DNA from: Cyanophora paradoxa CCMP329
Taxonomy: Eukaryota > Plantae > Glaucophyta
DNA length: 64,000 nucleotides
Direction: 5' to 3'
Assembly: GCA_004431415.1 (NCBI GenBank)
Contig: QPMI01000602.1
Coordinates: 62,001-126,000 of the forward strand
The position numbers and the translations under genes are program-made. Shown here in pieces: positions 10,388 through 20,300 of the stretch; the stretch's first letter is position 1, and the number at the start of each line of letters is the position of its first letter. The notes under the pieces are model-generated. The model worked only from the letters and a program-made list of their open reading frames with translations. It was not told the origin of the DNA and did not search any database.

Positions 10388-11300
10388 GTGATGAACTGGA
10401 GCTCCCCAGACCATGGCAATCCATTCAGTAATACATCATCACCATCTCTGTCTACAATGCGCAGTCGCAAGGAAGTCAACACAAGTCGCTCTTCGATGGG
10501 GATCCATTCGCCGTTGTGATCCTGATTTATGTAAACGAACTTGCCAACGTCCTGGCTCATTTGAATTCGAGCAAGCCCGTAGTTGCACATTGTTTTGGCC
10601 CCACGGCGAAGCTTTGAAGCAAATGGTCGAAGCTCTTCACAGACAAGGAATAGATACTGGTCGCTGTTCATGTCAATTATCTTTGGAAATTCGACAGCAT
10701 AACCAAGTGGCTCACTCCGCATTCTTTCGGTGAAATCCACGCCATATTCAGGGTGTGAAGGTGTTACTGGAATGCCAGCAACCTCGAGATATCGCTCAGC
10801 TGCAGTTACTGATCTTTGCCCTCCTTCAAACACGATAGGAGACAGCTGGAGAGACTCATTTCGGTTCAGCCCTAGCAGATTCGATAGAGCTTTGAACTGG
10901 CAGGTGACTGTGCAGGAACGGTTGCAATAGGCAGACATCTTCAGTGTCTCTGGGTCCCGAAACAATTTGAAATATGCCATTACGATTCCCCCAGTTCAAA
11001 CTTAAACGATAGGCCAAAGTTGTAAAGATCTGTTTCGCCCATATTTGCAGTAGTAATTATACCAGGCTCAAAAACTGCCAGATTTTCCGTCCAAATGTTG
11101 GGGAAGGTGATCGAAAGATACTCATCTCTAATGCTCGTGTAAAGGCTGTTTGCGAACTCACACTGGGTAAGTCGAACAGCAACTGGATTGATTATAGGTT
11201 CATTTATTTCTAGCACAAAGTTTGCCTCTGAATCGATTGGCCTTCTGTCTCTACTGTCAAAGCTGAGCCTGGCGCAGCGTCGATGCTTGTCTTCGACCAT
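10384..11300 (-). CDS. Minor capsid (penton-like single jelly-roll) paralog 2, split by a 1-nt frameshift near 10990
   Basis: The N-half (SFDSRDR...VAVRLTQCEFANSL) and C-half (YLFLVCEEL...LARI...LRLRIVDRDG..LLNGLPWSGELQF) align by eye to the two halves of the neighbouring minor capsid. G5->G6 joins them into ~305 aa. Confidence 0.7.
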
Positions 11301-11327
11301 TTTTATTCTCTAACTGATATAAAAAAG
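11301..11327. promoter_or_regulatory. 27-bp divergent intergenic region between the two minor capsid genes
   Basis: AATAAAA-ATG on the minus strand and ATATAAAAAAG-ATG on the plus strand. Confidence 0.5.
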
Positions 11328-12284
11328 ATGCCGACGGACTACGTCTGCATTGCAAGTCACCAAGCGGAGGAGCTGACATCCACCTCGAAATTTAAAGTAA
11401 GACTGCCTAAAGTTTATCAGGATGTGAAAGCCGTGCGCTTGGTATCAGCTGAGATCCCCAACACAATGAGCACAATTGATGTACTCGATCCAGCAGAGGA
11501 TTTAGTGTTTGACACCTATATATATTGGTGCAAATATGATCCTGCAAATGAGGGACCCGACCCACCTCAGCCAGGCTTTGGAGCGTGGAATAACATTGCA
11601 ATTCCACCTGGAAATTACGACGTCACCTCGCTTGTGACAAAGATAAACGAAAGGTTGACGGGGACTGGTATCACGTGCACGTATAATTCAGCGGTTAAAT
11701 TAATAGGGTTCACAGCTAACTTCGAGTTCTTTATTGCTCTGATTTTGGCACCGAACCAGGGTGGGCGGGAAGTCAGAAACTACCAGGCTGTTGCAAGGGC
11801 TCAGCGAACTGCAAAGCTTCTAGGGCTGAGATCAATTCTACCGATTCGGTCTAAGGATTTAACTGTCGATGTTCAATATATAGAGGGCTCTTATGAACCC
11901 GATGTCACTCCCGATGACCATGTGCTCCTACGCATTCCTGAAATTGGTGACCTTGTCAGTATGCCCAATACTTCAATTCCTGGCTTCTTTGCCAAAATTA
12001 GCATTCCAAGTGTCCTCCGTCCAGGAGAGACAGCCTACTATGATTCAACTGAAGCAACTCCTTTGTATAAGTATGTTTATTCAAAGCTGGACCTCTACTC
12101 TGTGACTATTGAGATATACGATTTTATGCAGCGAATCGCTGATTTAAATGGAGCTCCTGTGTCATTTATTCTCGAAATTCGTTATGGTCCTGACGAACCC
12201 AATGGTGATGTTGTCTACGAACTTGCAAAACTTCAGCTCCAGAAAAGGTCAAAGACATATCCTTGGATCAATTCGTCAAACTGA
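11328..12284 (+). CDS. Minor capsid (penton-like) protein paralog 1
   Basis: FKVRLPKVYQDVKAVRLVSAEIPNT, IPPGNYDVTSLVTKIN, FFAKISIP and VTIEIYD...DLNGAPVSFILEI are typical PLV/NCLDV minor capsid motifs. Lies directly upstream of the MCP. Confidence 0.8.
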   Translation: MPTDYVCIASHQAEELTSTSKFKVRLPKVYQDVKAVRLVSAEIPNTMSTIDVLDPAEDLVFDTYIYWCKYDPANEGPDPPQPGFGAWNNIAIPPGNYDVTSLVTKINERLTGTGITCTYNSAVKLIGFTANFEFFIALILAPNQGGREVRNYQAVARAQRTAKLLGLRSILPIRSKDLTVDVQYIEGSYEPDVTPDDHVLLRIPEIGDLVSMPNTSIPGFFAKISIPSVLRPGETAYYDSTEATPLYKYVYSKLDLYSVTIEIYDFMQRIADLNGAPVSFILEIRYGPDEPNGDVVYELAKLQLQKRSKTYPWINSSN

Positions 12285-12363
12285 GTCTTGGTGAAGCGGG
12301 CGGAGCCAGAAGGCCCCTGACTTCGTCCAGAATTATTTTCTTTCACTGCAATTATATACTTCG

Positions 12364-13752
12364 ATGGATGTTACTCAGAATTTGCAGCGGCTCGGCCTCA
12401 AAGAGCTCCTCACCACACCTCAGGAAGCGAAGGACTTCTTCATGAACAACGAGCTTATGTTAGGTCTAACGAGCCAAACCAAGCCTGTTCGTGTTGTTGT
12501 CAACCCAAGCAATGACTATGGAGACTGCTTCGGAAAGAGGGTTACTTATTTCCTGCCCCGATACAATTTCCTTCAGGGACTCGAACTCCAGTTTACCCTT
12601 CCCGAGCTGACAGCATTTACTGGTGACACTGACCTGGTTCGCACTGGTTATTTGCGATCGGTTGGTGCTCTCGTAAAGCGAATCGAAATCAAATATGCTT
12701 CCTACAGCTACATTGTCCCCGAGGACTGGCTTGTTCACAGCGCACTGATTTACAATGATGATGCTCAGCTTAAAAAGAAGTACCGATCCGGTGGCTGGCT
12801 CCATGGAACACCACCTCAGGGGAGCAATCGCACTGGAGGTATTTTCAGTGTAAAAATCCCCTGTCCCTGGGAGGGTTCTGTGCTTCCGATTGGTGCTCTA
12901 TCTGGCGAGGTTTCCGTCGAGGTTTGGTTCCGTGATCGTGCCCAGGGCTTCGTCGAAACCAGCTATGGTGGTAGGTTTGTAACAGAATATGCCATAGGCG
13001 GTGATGCTTCTAAAGAAGATGGACTTGGGAGCGTGGGAGCTGCTGCTGCATCCCCTGCAAACATCGGCCAGAATATAACTCCCAATGTTCTCAGTGTCAC
13101 CCCTGCCAATCCGGAGCTTTCGAATCCAAAGATTATTGCTCATTGCATCAACGTTGATGAGGCCACTTTTGCCCAGGTGATTGAGAAAGTCAAAACGTCT
13201 GGAATCGCAATTCCCGCTACCGATGTCGGCTGGGTTGATGCTGATTCAATTACTTATGCTGGTGCTGGTGCGCCCACCCGAATTAATCTGTCTCAAATCA
13301 GTGGACTTTGTTACGGCCTATTCGTTAGCATTCGCAAGCAGCCAAACATGAACCAAACTGATGGAAAACACAGTGTCCTCAAAACCGAGGCTAATGCTCG
13401 CGATATTACTATTTCCTGCGAATTGAATGGCCAACGACTTTATTCTAATGAGCCCGTTCCTCTCCTGCAAGGTGCCGAACTCATCGCTGATGTCTTCAAG
13501 TGCTCAAATCTCGATGCACCTTTGAATAGGTACGTGCTGACTGGATTGCCATTTTGCATTAGTGGGGATAAATCGATTCGAAATGCTGCTCAAACTGGTT
13601 TCGTAGATCTGACGAACTCCAGCAGCTGCTTCCTGAATATCATGAACCCTGCTGCGTATGATGCTAACAACAAAATTTACGTCCAAATTCGCGCTCTCCT
13701 TCACACTGTCCTAATTGTTGATGCCGCGGGTCTTCGCAAAGTTAACCTCTAG
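12364..13752 (+). CDS. Major capsid protein (double jelly-roll)
   Basis: 462 aa, beta-rich, FGKRVTYFLPRYNFLQGLELQFTLP...LVKRIEI...LPIGALSGEVSVEVWF pattern; sits between penton and ATPase. Confidence 0.82.
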   Translation: MDVTQNLQRLGLKELLTTPQEAKDFFMNNELMLGLTSQTKPVRVVVNPSNDYGDCFGKRVTYFLPRYNFLQGLELQFTLPELTAFTGDTDLVRTGYLRSVGALVKRIEIKYASYSYIVPEDWLVHSALIYNDDAQLKKKYRSGGWLHGTPPQGSNRTGGIFSVKIPCPWEGSVLPIGALSGEVSVEVWFRDRAQGFVETSYGGRFVTEYAIGGDASKEDGLGSVGAAAASPANIGQNITPNVLSVTPANPELSNPKIIAHCINVDEATFAQVIEKVKTSGIAIPATDVGWVDADSITYAGAGAPTRINLSQISGLCYGLFVSIRKQPNMNQTDGKHSVLKTEANARDITISCELNGQRLYSNEPVPLLQGAELIADVFKCSNLDAPLNRYVLTGLPFCISGDKSIRNAAQTGFVDLTNSSSCFLNIMNPAAYDANNKIYVQIRALLHTVLIVDAAGLRKVNL

Positions 13753-13795
13753 TCAAAGGGTTGCGGTTGTGATCGCCTGCGAATATCAGTACTTG

Positions 13796-13825
13796 GGCGC
13801 AGCCGAGGCAGCTTGTCTGCCGACT
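13796..13825. terminator. GC-rich intergenic hairpin motif, copy 1
   Basis: GGCGCAGCCGAGGCAGCTTGTCTGCCGACT, downstream of the MCP stop; near-identical to 15754-15781. Confidence 0.4.
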
Positions 13826-13833
13826 ATTTTTTG

Positions 13834-14598
13834 ATGGATGAGCTCGCAAAGTTCCAGCCGGGAGTTATGAGGGTTCCCTTCAAGGCCCTGTTTATTTCGA
13901 AGTCTAATAGCGGCAAGTCTTTCTATTGCACAAAGCATCTGCTTCGACTGCTGTATACAAAGATCAATCGCGTCGTAGTGTTTACCGCCACCAAATTCAA
14001 CGGCGAGTATGCTGGAATAACTAATGAGCTTTACGACGATTTTCAGCCATCTATTGTTGCAGAAATCATTGATTCACAGCGAAAGTTGATCGAAAACAAA
14101 CAGAAAGGCGGAGACAAAGAAGGCTCCTTGCCTTCGGCGCCGCAGATATTGCTAGTCTTGGATGATCTTGTTGCTGCCTCTGAAACTGTGGATCTGCGAA
14201 ACAGCAAGACTGTAAATCGACTTTTTACACAAGGTCGTCATTTTAATATCAGTACCATTCTTATGACGCAAAAGCTTACAGCGTTGAGTCAATCTATAAG
14301 ATCGAACAGCGATTATTGCTTTTTCTTTAGTTATTCAAATCACACCGAACTTGAGGCAATATATAGAGAGTTTTCTCACCTACCAAAGGATGAGTTTATA
14401 GCCATGTTCGAAAAGTGGGCGCATGATTATCAGTGTCTAGTCCTTGATGGGACCAAGTACGATACGGCCTGGTACGTTGATAAAGCTGTCGAAGATAAGA
14501 GTTTTCGTTTCTCTAAATGGCTAAGACAAGAAGAAGAGTCTAAAAAAGAAGAGTCAACGCCTATTCCCAAAAAGAAGCGTTTTAAAATCTTATCTTAA
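13834..14598 (+). CDS. A32/FtsK-like genome packaging ATPase
   Basis: Walker A variant SKSNSGKS, Walker B ILLVLDD, and the A32 motif RLFTQGRHFNISTILMTQ...IRSNSDY. Confidence 0.93.
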   Translation: MDELAKFQPGVMRVPFKALFISKSNSGKSFYCTKHLLRLLYTKINRVVVFTATKFNGEYAGITNELYDDFQPSIVAEIIDSQRKLIENKQKGGDKEGSLPSAPQILLVLDDLVAASETVDLRNSKTVNRLFTQGRHFNISTILMTQKLTALSQSIRSNSDYCFFFSYSNHTELEAIYREFSHLPKDEFIAMFEKWAHDYQCLVLDGTKYDTAWYVDKAVEDKSFRFSKWLRQEEESKKEESTPIPKKKRFKILS

Positions 14599-14607
14599 TA
14601 AAATAAG

Positions 14608-15237
14608 ATGGGTCGCGGGATTCCTAAAAAGGGTTATCGTGAAAGACGCAAGGTTAATGTTGTTGAACCACTAGTTGAAAGTGGGTCGACTGAAGGCGCA
14701 GCTGTTGCTAATCCTAGCGGGGAACTCGCAAGTAACCCCCAATTAAATGCCCCTGTAGCGAAAACGATCGCCTCGGCAGCAGCTAATGCAAGTGCGGTTG
14801 ACGATCGACAAAGCCAGGTCAAAATTGTAAACGAAATGCAGTCCGATATTGATGATGATGCTGCTAGAATTATACAAGCAATGGCGTCTGAAGCGCGGTA
14901 TTCAGGGCCAAAAATCAAGACAGCATCAGTATCAAAGTCACAATTTGATGAGCTTGCTGCCAAATTGCGTGATCTAGAAGCGAGGTCGGCTAATATCGAA
15001 TCGTATGTAAAAGACAAGCAAGAAAGAGCTAAGATCCGCGAGATGTTGCGAAGCGAGATGTTTAAGACAAGAGTGATGGACGTACCAGATTTACGCTATC
15101 TCAAAAACGAAAAAGAGAAGGCTTCACAATCGCTCGATGATGCATCTGTAAAACCTGCAACTCCAAATGTTTCTGAAGCCAATTCTACGAGCTCACAGAT
15201 TAAGGGAGCTCTTGGGGGGAGACGGATTCGGCTGTGA
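14608..15237 (+). CDS. Hypothetical viral coiled-coil protein with basic N-terminus
   Basis: 209-aa ORF 9 nt after the ATPase stop, A-rich leader, heptad-like FDELAAKLRDLEARS. Confidence 0.7.
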   Translation: MGRGIPKKGYRERRKVNVVEPLVESGSTEGAAVANPSGELASNPQLNAPVAKTIASAAANASAVDDRQSQVKIVNEMQSDIDDDAARIIQAMASEARYSGPKIKTASVSKSQFDELAAKLRDLEARSANIESYVKDKQERAKIREMLRSEMFKTRVMDVPDLRYLKNEKEKASQSLDDASVKPATPNVSEANSTSSQIKGALGGRRIRL

Positions 15238-15751
15238 AATTTAGCCGCAGGAATGGACGATCAGATTCGGAAGTATTCTCTAATACATATGCATCACGGG
15301 CTTTAGCAGCAGCTTCAGCAGTAGTAAAGTATCCGATGTGTTTCCGATGTCCATTGATCTGATATTGTGCATGCCATTTACCACGCTGCTGATTGAAGCT
15401 AACACCAATGAATCCGCTGGTGTTTGTGACCCGCCGGTTTTGGTTTAAACTCTGCTGGCGCTTTGTCGCAAGTCGCAGGTTCTCGCGACGATTATCGAGT
15501 TTGTTATTGTTGATATGATCGACAGTCAATCCGTTCTCTAACTCACCGCTGATAAAATTATGCAACAACACGGTCTTCCCATTAATCTTGGTTCGGGCAT
15601 ATCCATTATCTAAACACCAGCGAAATCCAAGAACACGATCAGCGTCATCCTGCGACACAAGAGCATAGGCAACAATTACTCGACGATGATTCCGGATACC
15701 ACCAATCGGGATTGCCACAGCGCCTTCAGGAACATCTGGAATTGTCTCCAT
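15200..15751 (-). CDS. HNH homing endonuclease with AP2 domain (copy 2)
   Basis: VDHINNNKLDNRRENLR...NTSGFIGV...HIGYFTTAEAAAKARD; close paralog of 9872-10387. Confidence 0.92.
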   Translation of the reverse strand: METIPDVPEGAVAIPIGGIRNHRRVIVAYALVSQDDADRVLGFRWCLDNGYARTKINGKTVLLHNFISGELENGLTVDHINNNKLDNRRENLRLATKRQQSLNQNRRVTNTSGFIGVSFNQQRGKWHAQYQINGHRKHIGYFTTAEAAAKARDAYVLENTSESDRPFLRLNFTAESVSPQELP

Positions 15752-15753
15752 CT

Positions 15754-15781
15754 GGCGCAGCCGAGCTGCTTGTCTGCGACT
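15754..15781. terminator. GC-rich intergenic hairpin motif, copy 2
   Basis: GGCGCAGCCGAGCTGCTTGTCTGCGACT with a CGCAG/CTGCG stem. Confidence 0.4.
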
Positions 15782-15805
15782 TTACAATCTGAGATTGAGA
15801 TCTCT

Positions 15806-16066
15806 TTAAGACAAGTCAAAATCAGGCAAATCTGTTAGATCCTCTACAGTTGGTTTCCTCTCTCGCTCTGCAAAGTCAAGCATCCCGTTTACTGTTGCCA
15901 GATCATTCGATTGACATATTTCAAAAGCACGCTGCAATTGCCTTTTATCGTACTCACGGAGATGTTCCCAAGACAATAACCATTCGGCGTATTTTGGATC
16001 GGATAAAACTACTTTAAGATGAGTTTCACCTTTATATTTTCCAAATCGAATTGTTCCTGCGACCAT
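15806..16066 (-). CDS. Small protein with FGKYKG...DPxYxxWL motif (DUF3820 / exonuclease X C-terminal-like)
   Basis: IRFGKYKGETHLKVVLSDPKYAEWLL; TATATAAAGCAAA-ATG leader. Confidence 0.7.
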   Translation of the reverse strand: MVAGTIRFGKYKGETHLKVVLSDPKYAEWLLSWEHLREYDKRQLQRAFEICQSNDLATVNGMLDFAERERKPTVEDLTDLPDFDLS

Positions 16067-16167
16067 TTTGCTTTATATAAACCGCTACGATTTAATTTTT
16101 CGATTTGAACGCGCCATAAACGTTTCTCGAATTTCTTTCCTATATAACAATCAAAGTCCCACTCATA

Positions 16168-16485
16168 ATGGACAGTGCTGAATTCACGACTGCTTCCCGT
16201 CCACGAGGCAGGCCTCGCAAGAATATTGAGAAGCCCGCGCACATACGTACTGAGGTTACGCCAGAGATACTTGCAGAGAGACGCAAAAGACGTGCAGAGC
16301 TGCAGCGAAAGCGATACCATGAAAATCAAGATTACCGGCAGCGACAGATTGCTGTCTCCCGTCAATATAACCTTGCACACCCTGAACGAAAACTTGACAA
16401 CGACCGAAAATACCGAGAGCGAAGGCGCACTGAAATTAGGTCGCTAATTGCGGCGGGCATAGTTTCCAGCGACCTTACTGCCTAA
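16168..16485 (+). CDS. AT-hook basic DNA-binding protein
   Basis: RPRGRPRK AT-hook followed by an Arg-rich helix. Confidence 0.7.
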   Translation: MDSAEFTTASRPRGRPRKNIEKPAHIRTEVTPEILAERRKRRAELQRKRYHENQDYRQRQIAVSRQYNLAHPERKLDNDRKYRERRRTEIRSLIAAGIVSSDLTA

Positions 16486-17373
16486 CCGCAGCGAAGGCTC
16501 CCCTGCAACCTCTAGTTTCTTGAGCTCACGAGCTTGCCGACTCTGTCCGCTATACTTTTTCGTTTCAATTAAACCCTCGCGCCGTAGCTGTTGCTCTTGC
16601 TTTGCTTTGGCCGCAGCTCGTTCTATTTTTGACTGATTTGGAAGCTGTCTTGGGGCTCGAATTTCTGAAGGCTTGATTCTACGGCTTAATATCTGTCCCT
16701 CTTTGGTTGCGACCCTTATTCGGTTCCTGTCCTGCCCCACGACTTTGTACGTCTCCTTGCTCGGTTTCGTAGCTCCCTTCGCAAAGATGCTGCTCTTAGG
16801 CTCCAGTATCTGCACCTCAGTCCCTGGCTTTGGTAGATTCAACGCGTCTCTCTCAATATCGTTCTGTCGTTGACGCACCTGGTGCAGCTGGGCAGCAATC
16901 TGCGGGTGATCTCGCATCCAGGCTGGTGAATACTCTCTGCCAAAAGAGCTGTGTTTTGTTTGATTGTATGCCTTGATCAAAGCAGGCAGCCGGGAGAGAA
17001 AATTCGGCGACCCTCGTTCCTCTGTGTCTGCCTGAATCAGGGCTCGCAATGTCCGTGCGAATCGATCGATGATCCCTAGCTTGTCGCCTTTCGATATGTG
17101 ATCATCCTTAGCGACGTCAGTGTGCATCGAAAATGAATTCTCTTCGGCCATTGCCCGCACAGCAGCCGTATTAAAGCCATTGTCGCCCGAAAAACCCCAG
17201 ATCCCCGGCAGCTGAGCGATGAATTTCGGAATCTGTTTAGCATCTTCAAGCTTTCTGACAACTGCAAATCGAGTTGCAATCTCAATCGCTGCAAATAGTC
17301 GAAAACGTCCAATGAAAAGTATGTCGACTTGATATGCCCCTGGTGGAGCAGTAATTTTAAATGAGGGCGCCAT
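16444..17373 (-). CDS. Retroviral-like (rve) integrase
   Basis: YQVDIL...IEIATRFA...SGDNG...LGIIDRFARTLR...YNQTKHSS..P. DD(E->D) triad, no HHCC finger. Confidence 0.88.
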   Translation of the reverse strand: MAPSFKITAPPGAYQVDILFIGRFRLFAAIEIATRFAVVRKLEDAKQIPKFIAQLPGIWGFSGDNGFNTAAVRAMAEENSFSMHTDVAKDDHISKGDKLGIIDRFARTLRALIQADTEERGSPNFLSRLPALIKAYNQTKHSSFGREYSPAWMRDHPQIAAQLHQVRQRQNDIERDALNLPKPGTEVQILEPKSSIFAKGATKPSKETYKVVGQDRNRIRVATKEGQILSRRIKPSEIRAPRQLPNQSKIERAAAKAKQEQQLRREGLIETKKYSGQSRQARELKKLEVAGEPSLRLGSKVAGNYARRN

Positions 17374-20300
17374 TAGTTATTTGAAAGATTTTTAAAGTGA
17401 CCTATCGCCCTGGTGTTCACACCATCCTCGCACAGGAATCGCTTGGTATCAAGCGGGTGCAGGGCTTGCTTTGACGTCTGCTGTAGCCAGATCTGGTGTT
17501 GCTTCGATCTGAAGCCGAGAATCCCCTCTACGTTGCATGATTTGCCCCCAAAGATGCAGTCGTAGTATCGCTCTAGATCTCGTGTCAGCGAGCTGCTGAA
17601 CGTCTTGTTAACGCCCTTGCACTTGTGCACTTCTGATTCCTCTGTGCTCATATAGTACGATTTCGGTCGGTTCGCGATCCACTCAAGCATTTGCCTGCCG
17701 CCACACTCGTCCTTGAACAGCCCGGGAACCTTGCCCATCGATCGTAGTCGCTGCACTTCAGCTGCTGGCATCCCCTCGAAGAACGGGTGACTCGTAGGGT
17801 ATTCACTGACATCTAGCTCGCATTTGATTTTGCGAAGGTCCTCGTATAAATTTTCGGTCTCAATCTGAATTATGAGACTGTCTGTATCTGTTCCAAGTAG
17901 CTTAAGCCGCTGGCCCCAGAGCGGTTTGAGCACCTGGTAGTAAAACCGATACATGTGCAGCTTTGACAAATCAAGGATTGCGAACCCGCAGTAGATCGGT
18001 TTGTTGAGTGTGTATTCGCTCTTTCGCTTATTTACGTACACCAAGTTCTCGTCATAGACAGCGACCTGTCTCAAGCGATTTGGCTCTGTGTTGATTTTCG
18101 CTAGTCGTTCTCCTGATGTCACAAGCTCGGAATTACAGTGCTTGCGCACGTTCTCCATCGTTTTCCCAAATACCGCATTATTTAGTAGCTTGTAGAGATC
18201 TTTTTCATACGGAATTCCGCCTGCTTTCGCTTCAGAGTGTTCAAATCGATATAGCTCTCAAGCCATGCACTTTGCTCGAACGAAAGCACTCTGTGTATTT
18301 TAGAAACAACCATCCCCATCGACACATAAAACTGCAGCACTCGTGCATCCACTACGTAATTCTTCTTCGGCAGCAAGTTTGGAACTAGCTTTGGCGTTCT
18401 CTCGATTCCACTAAGCTTTTCGTTTTCAATCGATTCTTGTTGTTTTGCCGACAGGTGCTCTTTTGATACGCACATGCGCTCAGGAGCTAGCGGGTAATCG
18501 CTGAAATAATCATGCAGCTCTTCAGGACAATGCATGTCAACCTCCAGAGAAAAACCCCTTGAACCATGAACATCAAGGTCTGTGATATACAGTTTAGGAT
18601 CAGTAATACCACTGACGTCCTCCCATTTGAAGTCCCTGTCGGTAGTTTTTGTTTCATAGAAAGCCCATAAAGGTTGTTTGCATCGAGGTACAGTAACCAG
18701 CCCTGCTTTTTTCTGTGACCCACGATGTACTTATCAATCCAGGCATTATTAGCTCGAGCATATCTTTTTGATATCATAGAGATTCCTCCACGGATCCCTT
18801 TTTCAATAAAGCGGTGCATATCCTCCTGCCCTTCGTGGAACAGCTCCAGTTGCTGGCCGGTGTGTTTCAAAGCTGCTTGCCATGAGAACCCAGGAATGCT
18901 CATAAAGTAGCTGGGGTCCAGCTTGTACGTCTCCATACACGTGTCCCGGTAGTTTTCAAAGACGTCTGCTAGTAAAGCTATGTCTGTCTTCATGTACTCC
19001 ATTGTATAATCAGCCATTGTCCTGCAACCAAGCTCACGCCAGACCGACTGAGCGTGGGCATAATCATCCCGAGAGCACTTCGACTGCTTTAGCTCGTTGT
19101 AAAATTGGCGGCGCCCTGGTAGTGATGTCTCTGCAAGACGATCCCAGCCAGTAATGTACTTGTATGGATAGACACCCTTGCGCGTCATTAGTTTGAACCG
19201 TGTCTCATCCTCATGCAGTGCACGCGTGATTTTCTTTTTCTCATCAGGTACTGCAGCCGCAAGGCTATCGAGACTGCCCTGCAGGTGCTGAGCAGAGTCA
19301 CGGAAAACGTAAATGCCGTATGTGAACTGTGAAATGCGCTCGCTGTTCTGAAACACCTGGTCAAACTTCGTTGACAGTAACTCACGAGGACGTAGTTTGC
19401 GCTCAAGCCGCTTCCTTGCATTTTTCGCATGATCTGCGCTCAGCTCACGCCCTGCGTATTTGGCTTGAAACTGGCGCTCAACCTCGGCTCTGAATGCATT
19501 TTCTGCGACTTTCCGCCGGTTATAGCCTGCTGCCAGAGCCCTCACTAATAGATGAAAGTCAAATCCTCGGCCATTGTGAAAGAAGATTGGCACGGCGGCA
19601 GCTTTTGCTCGTCGCCTGTTGCAGGCCCTGCATGCCGCTCCAAGGTACTGCCCAGAATCATGGCAATGATCACGATGTTTATCTTTGCCTCCTTTGAACT
19701 CGCTTCCACACATATAGCACGTTTCTGCTGCCTGAAAGGAGCGCTCTTGCGCCTGCGTAATCTGCATCGGCGCTTCCTCCTCCAAAATTCCCTTAAACTG
19801 CGGCTCCTTTTCATCGAGCCAAGCAATAAATGCCTCTGCAGACTCCTCAGTTGGGCTGCCCATATGCGAGAACCAAAAATGCTCCTGTCGCCTCGGCTCT
19901 GAATTTTCAACGCTGTCTGCAGTTGCATTCGTCCCTTGATTTTGTCCCTTGTTTACTACGACTAAGCAGCCGATCGAAGCTATCGCGTGGACTCCTAGCT
20001 GCTTCGTCTTTGCTGGACTCTCGGTCTGCAAAACAGGTAGAGTCATTGTTTCCGAGTCAGCATATCCAACAAGCCTTTGCCGAATCGTCTTCTCGAAGCT
20101 GTTGAATTTTATAAAGTGCTCGCCCTTTTTCGGAAGCACGTCCCTGGCGTGCTCATCTCGATCAAGGCACCGGTCGTATTTAAGATGATTCTGAAAGGCC
20201 TCGTCTGAGCCAAAGCCGCACTGGCAGGCCAAGCAATAGTGCTTCGCATTCGACCCATGCTTTCCAAACAGTCGCGATATGTTCTTTATCCACAAATAAT

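Noticed and set aside
10975-10985. Two separate genes coupled by TAATG
   Set aside because: Possible, but the two halves correspond to the N- and C-halves of one penton fold and an adjacent G-run explains the shift; treated as one gene.
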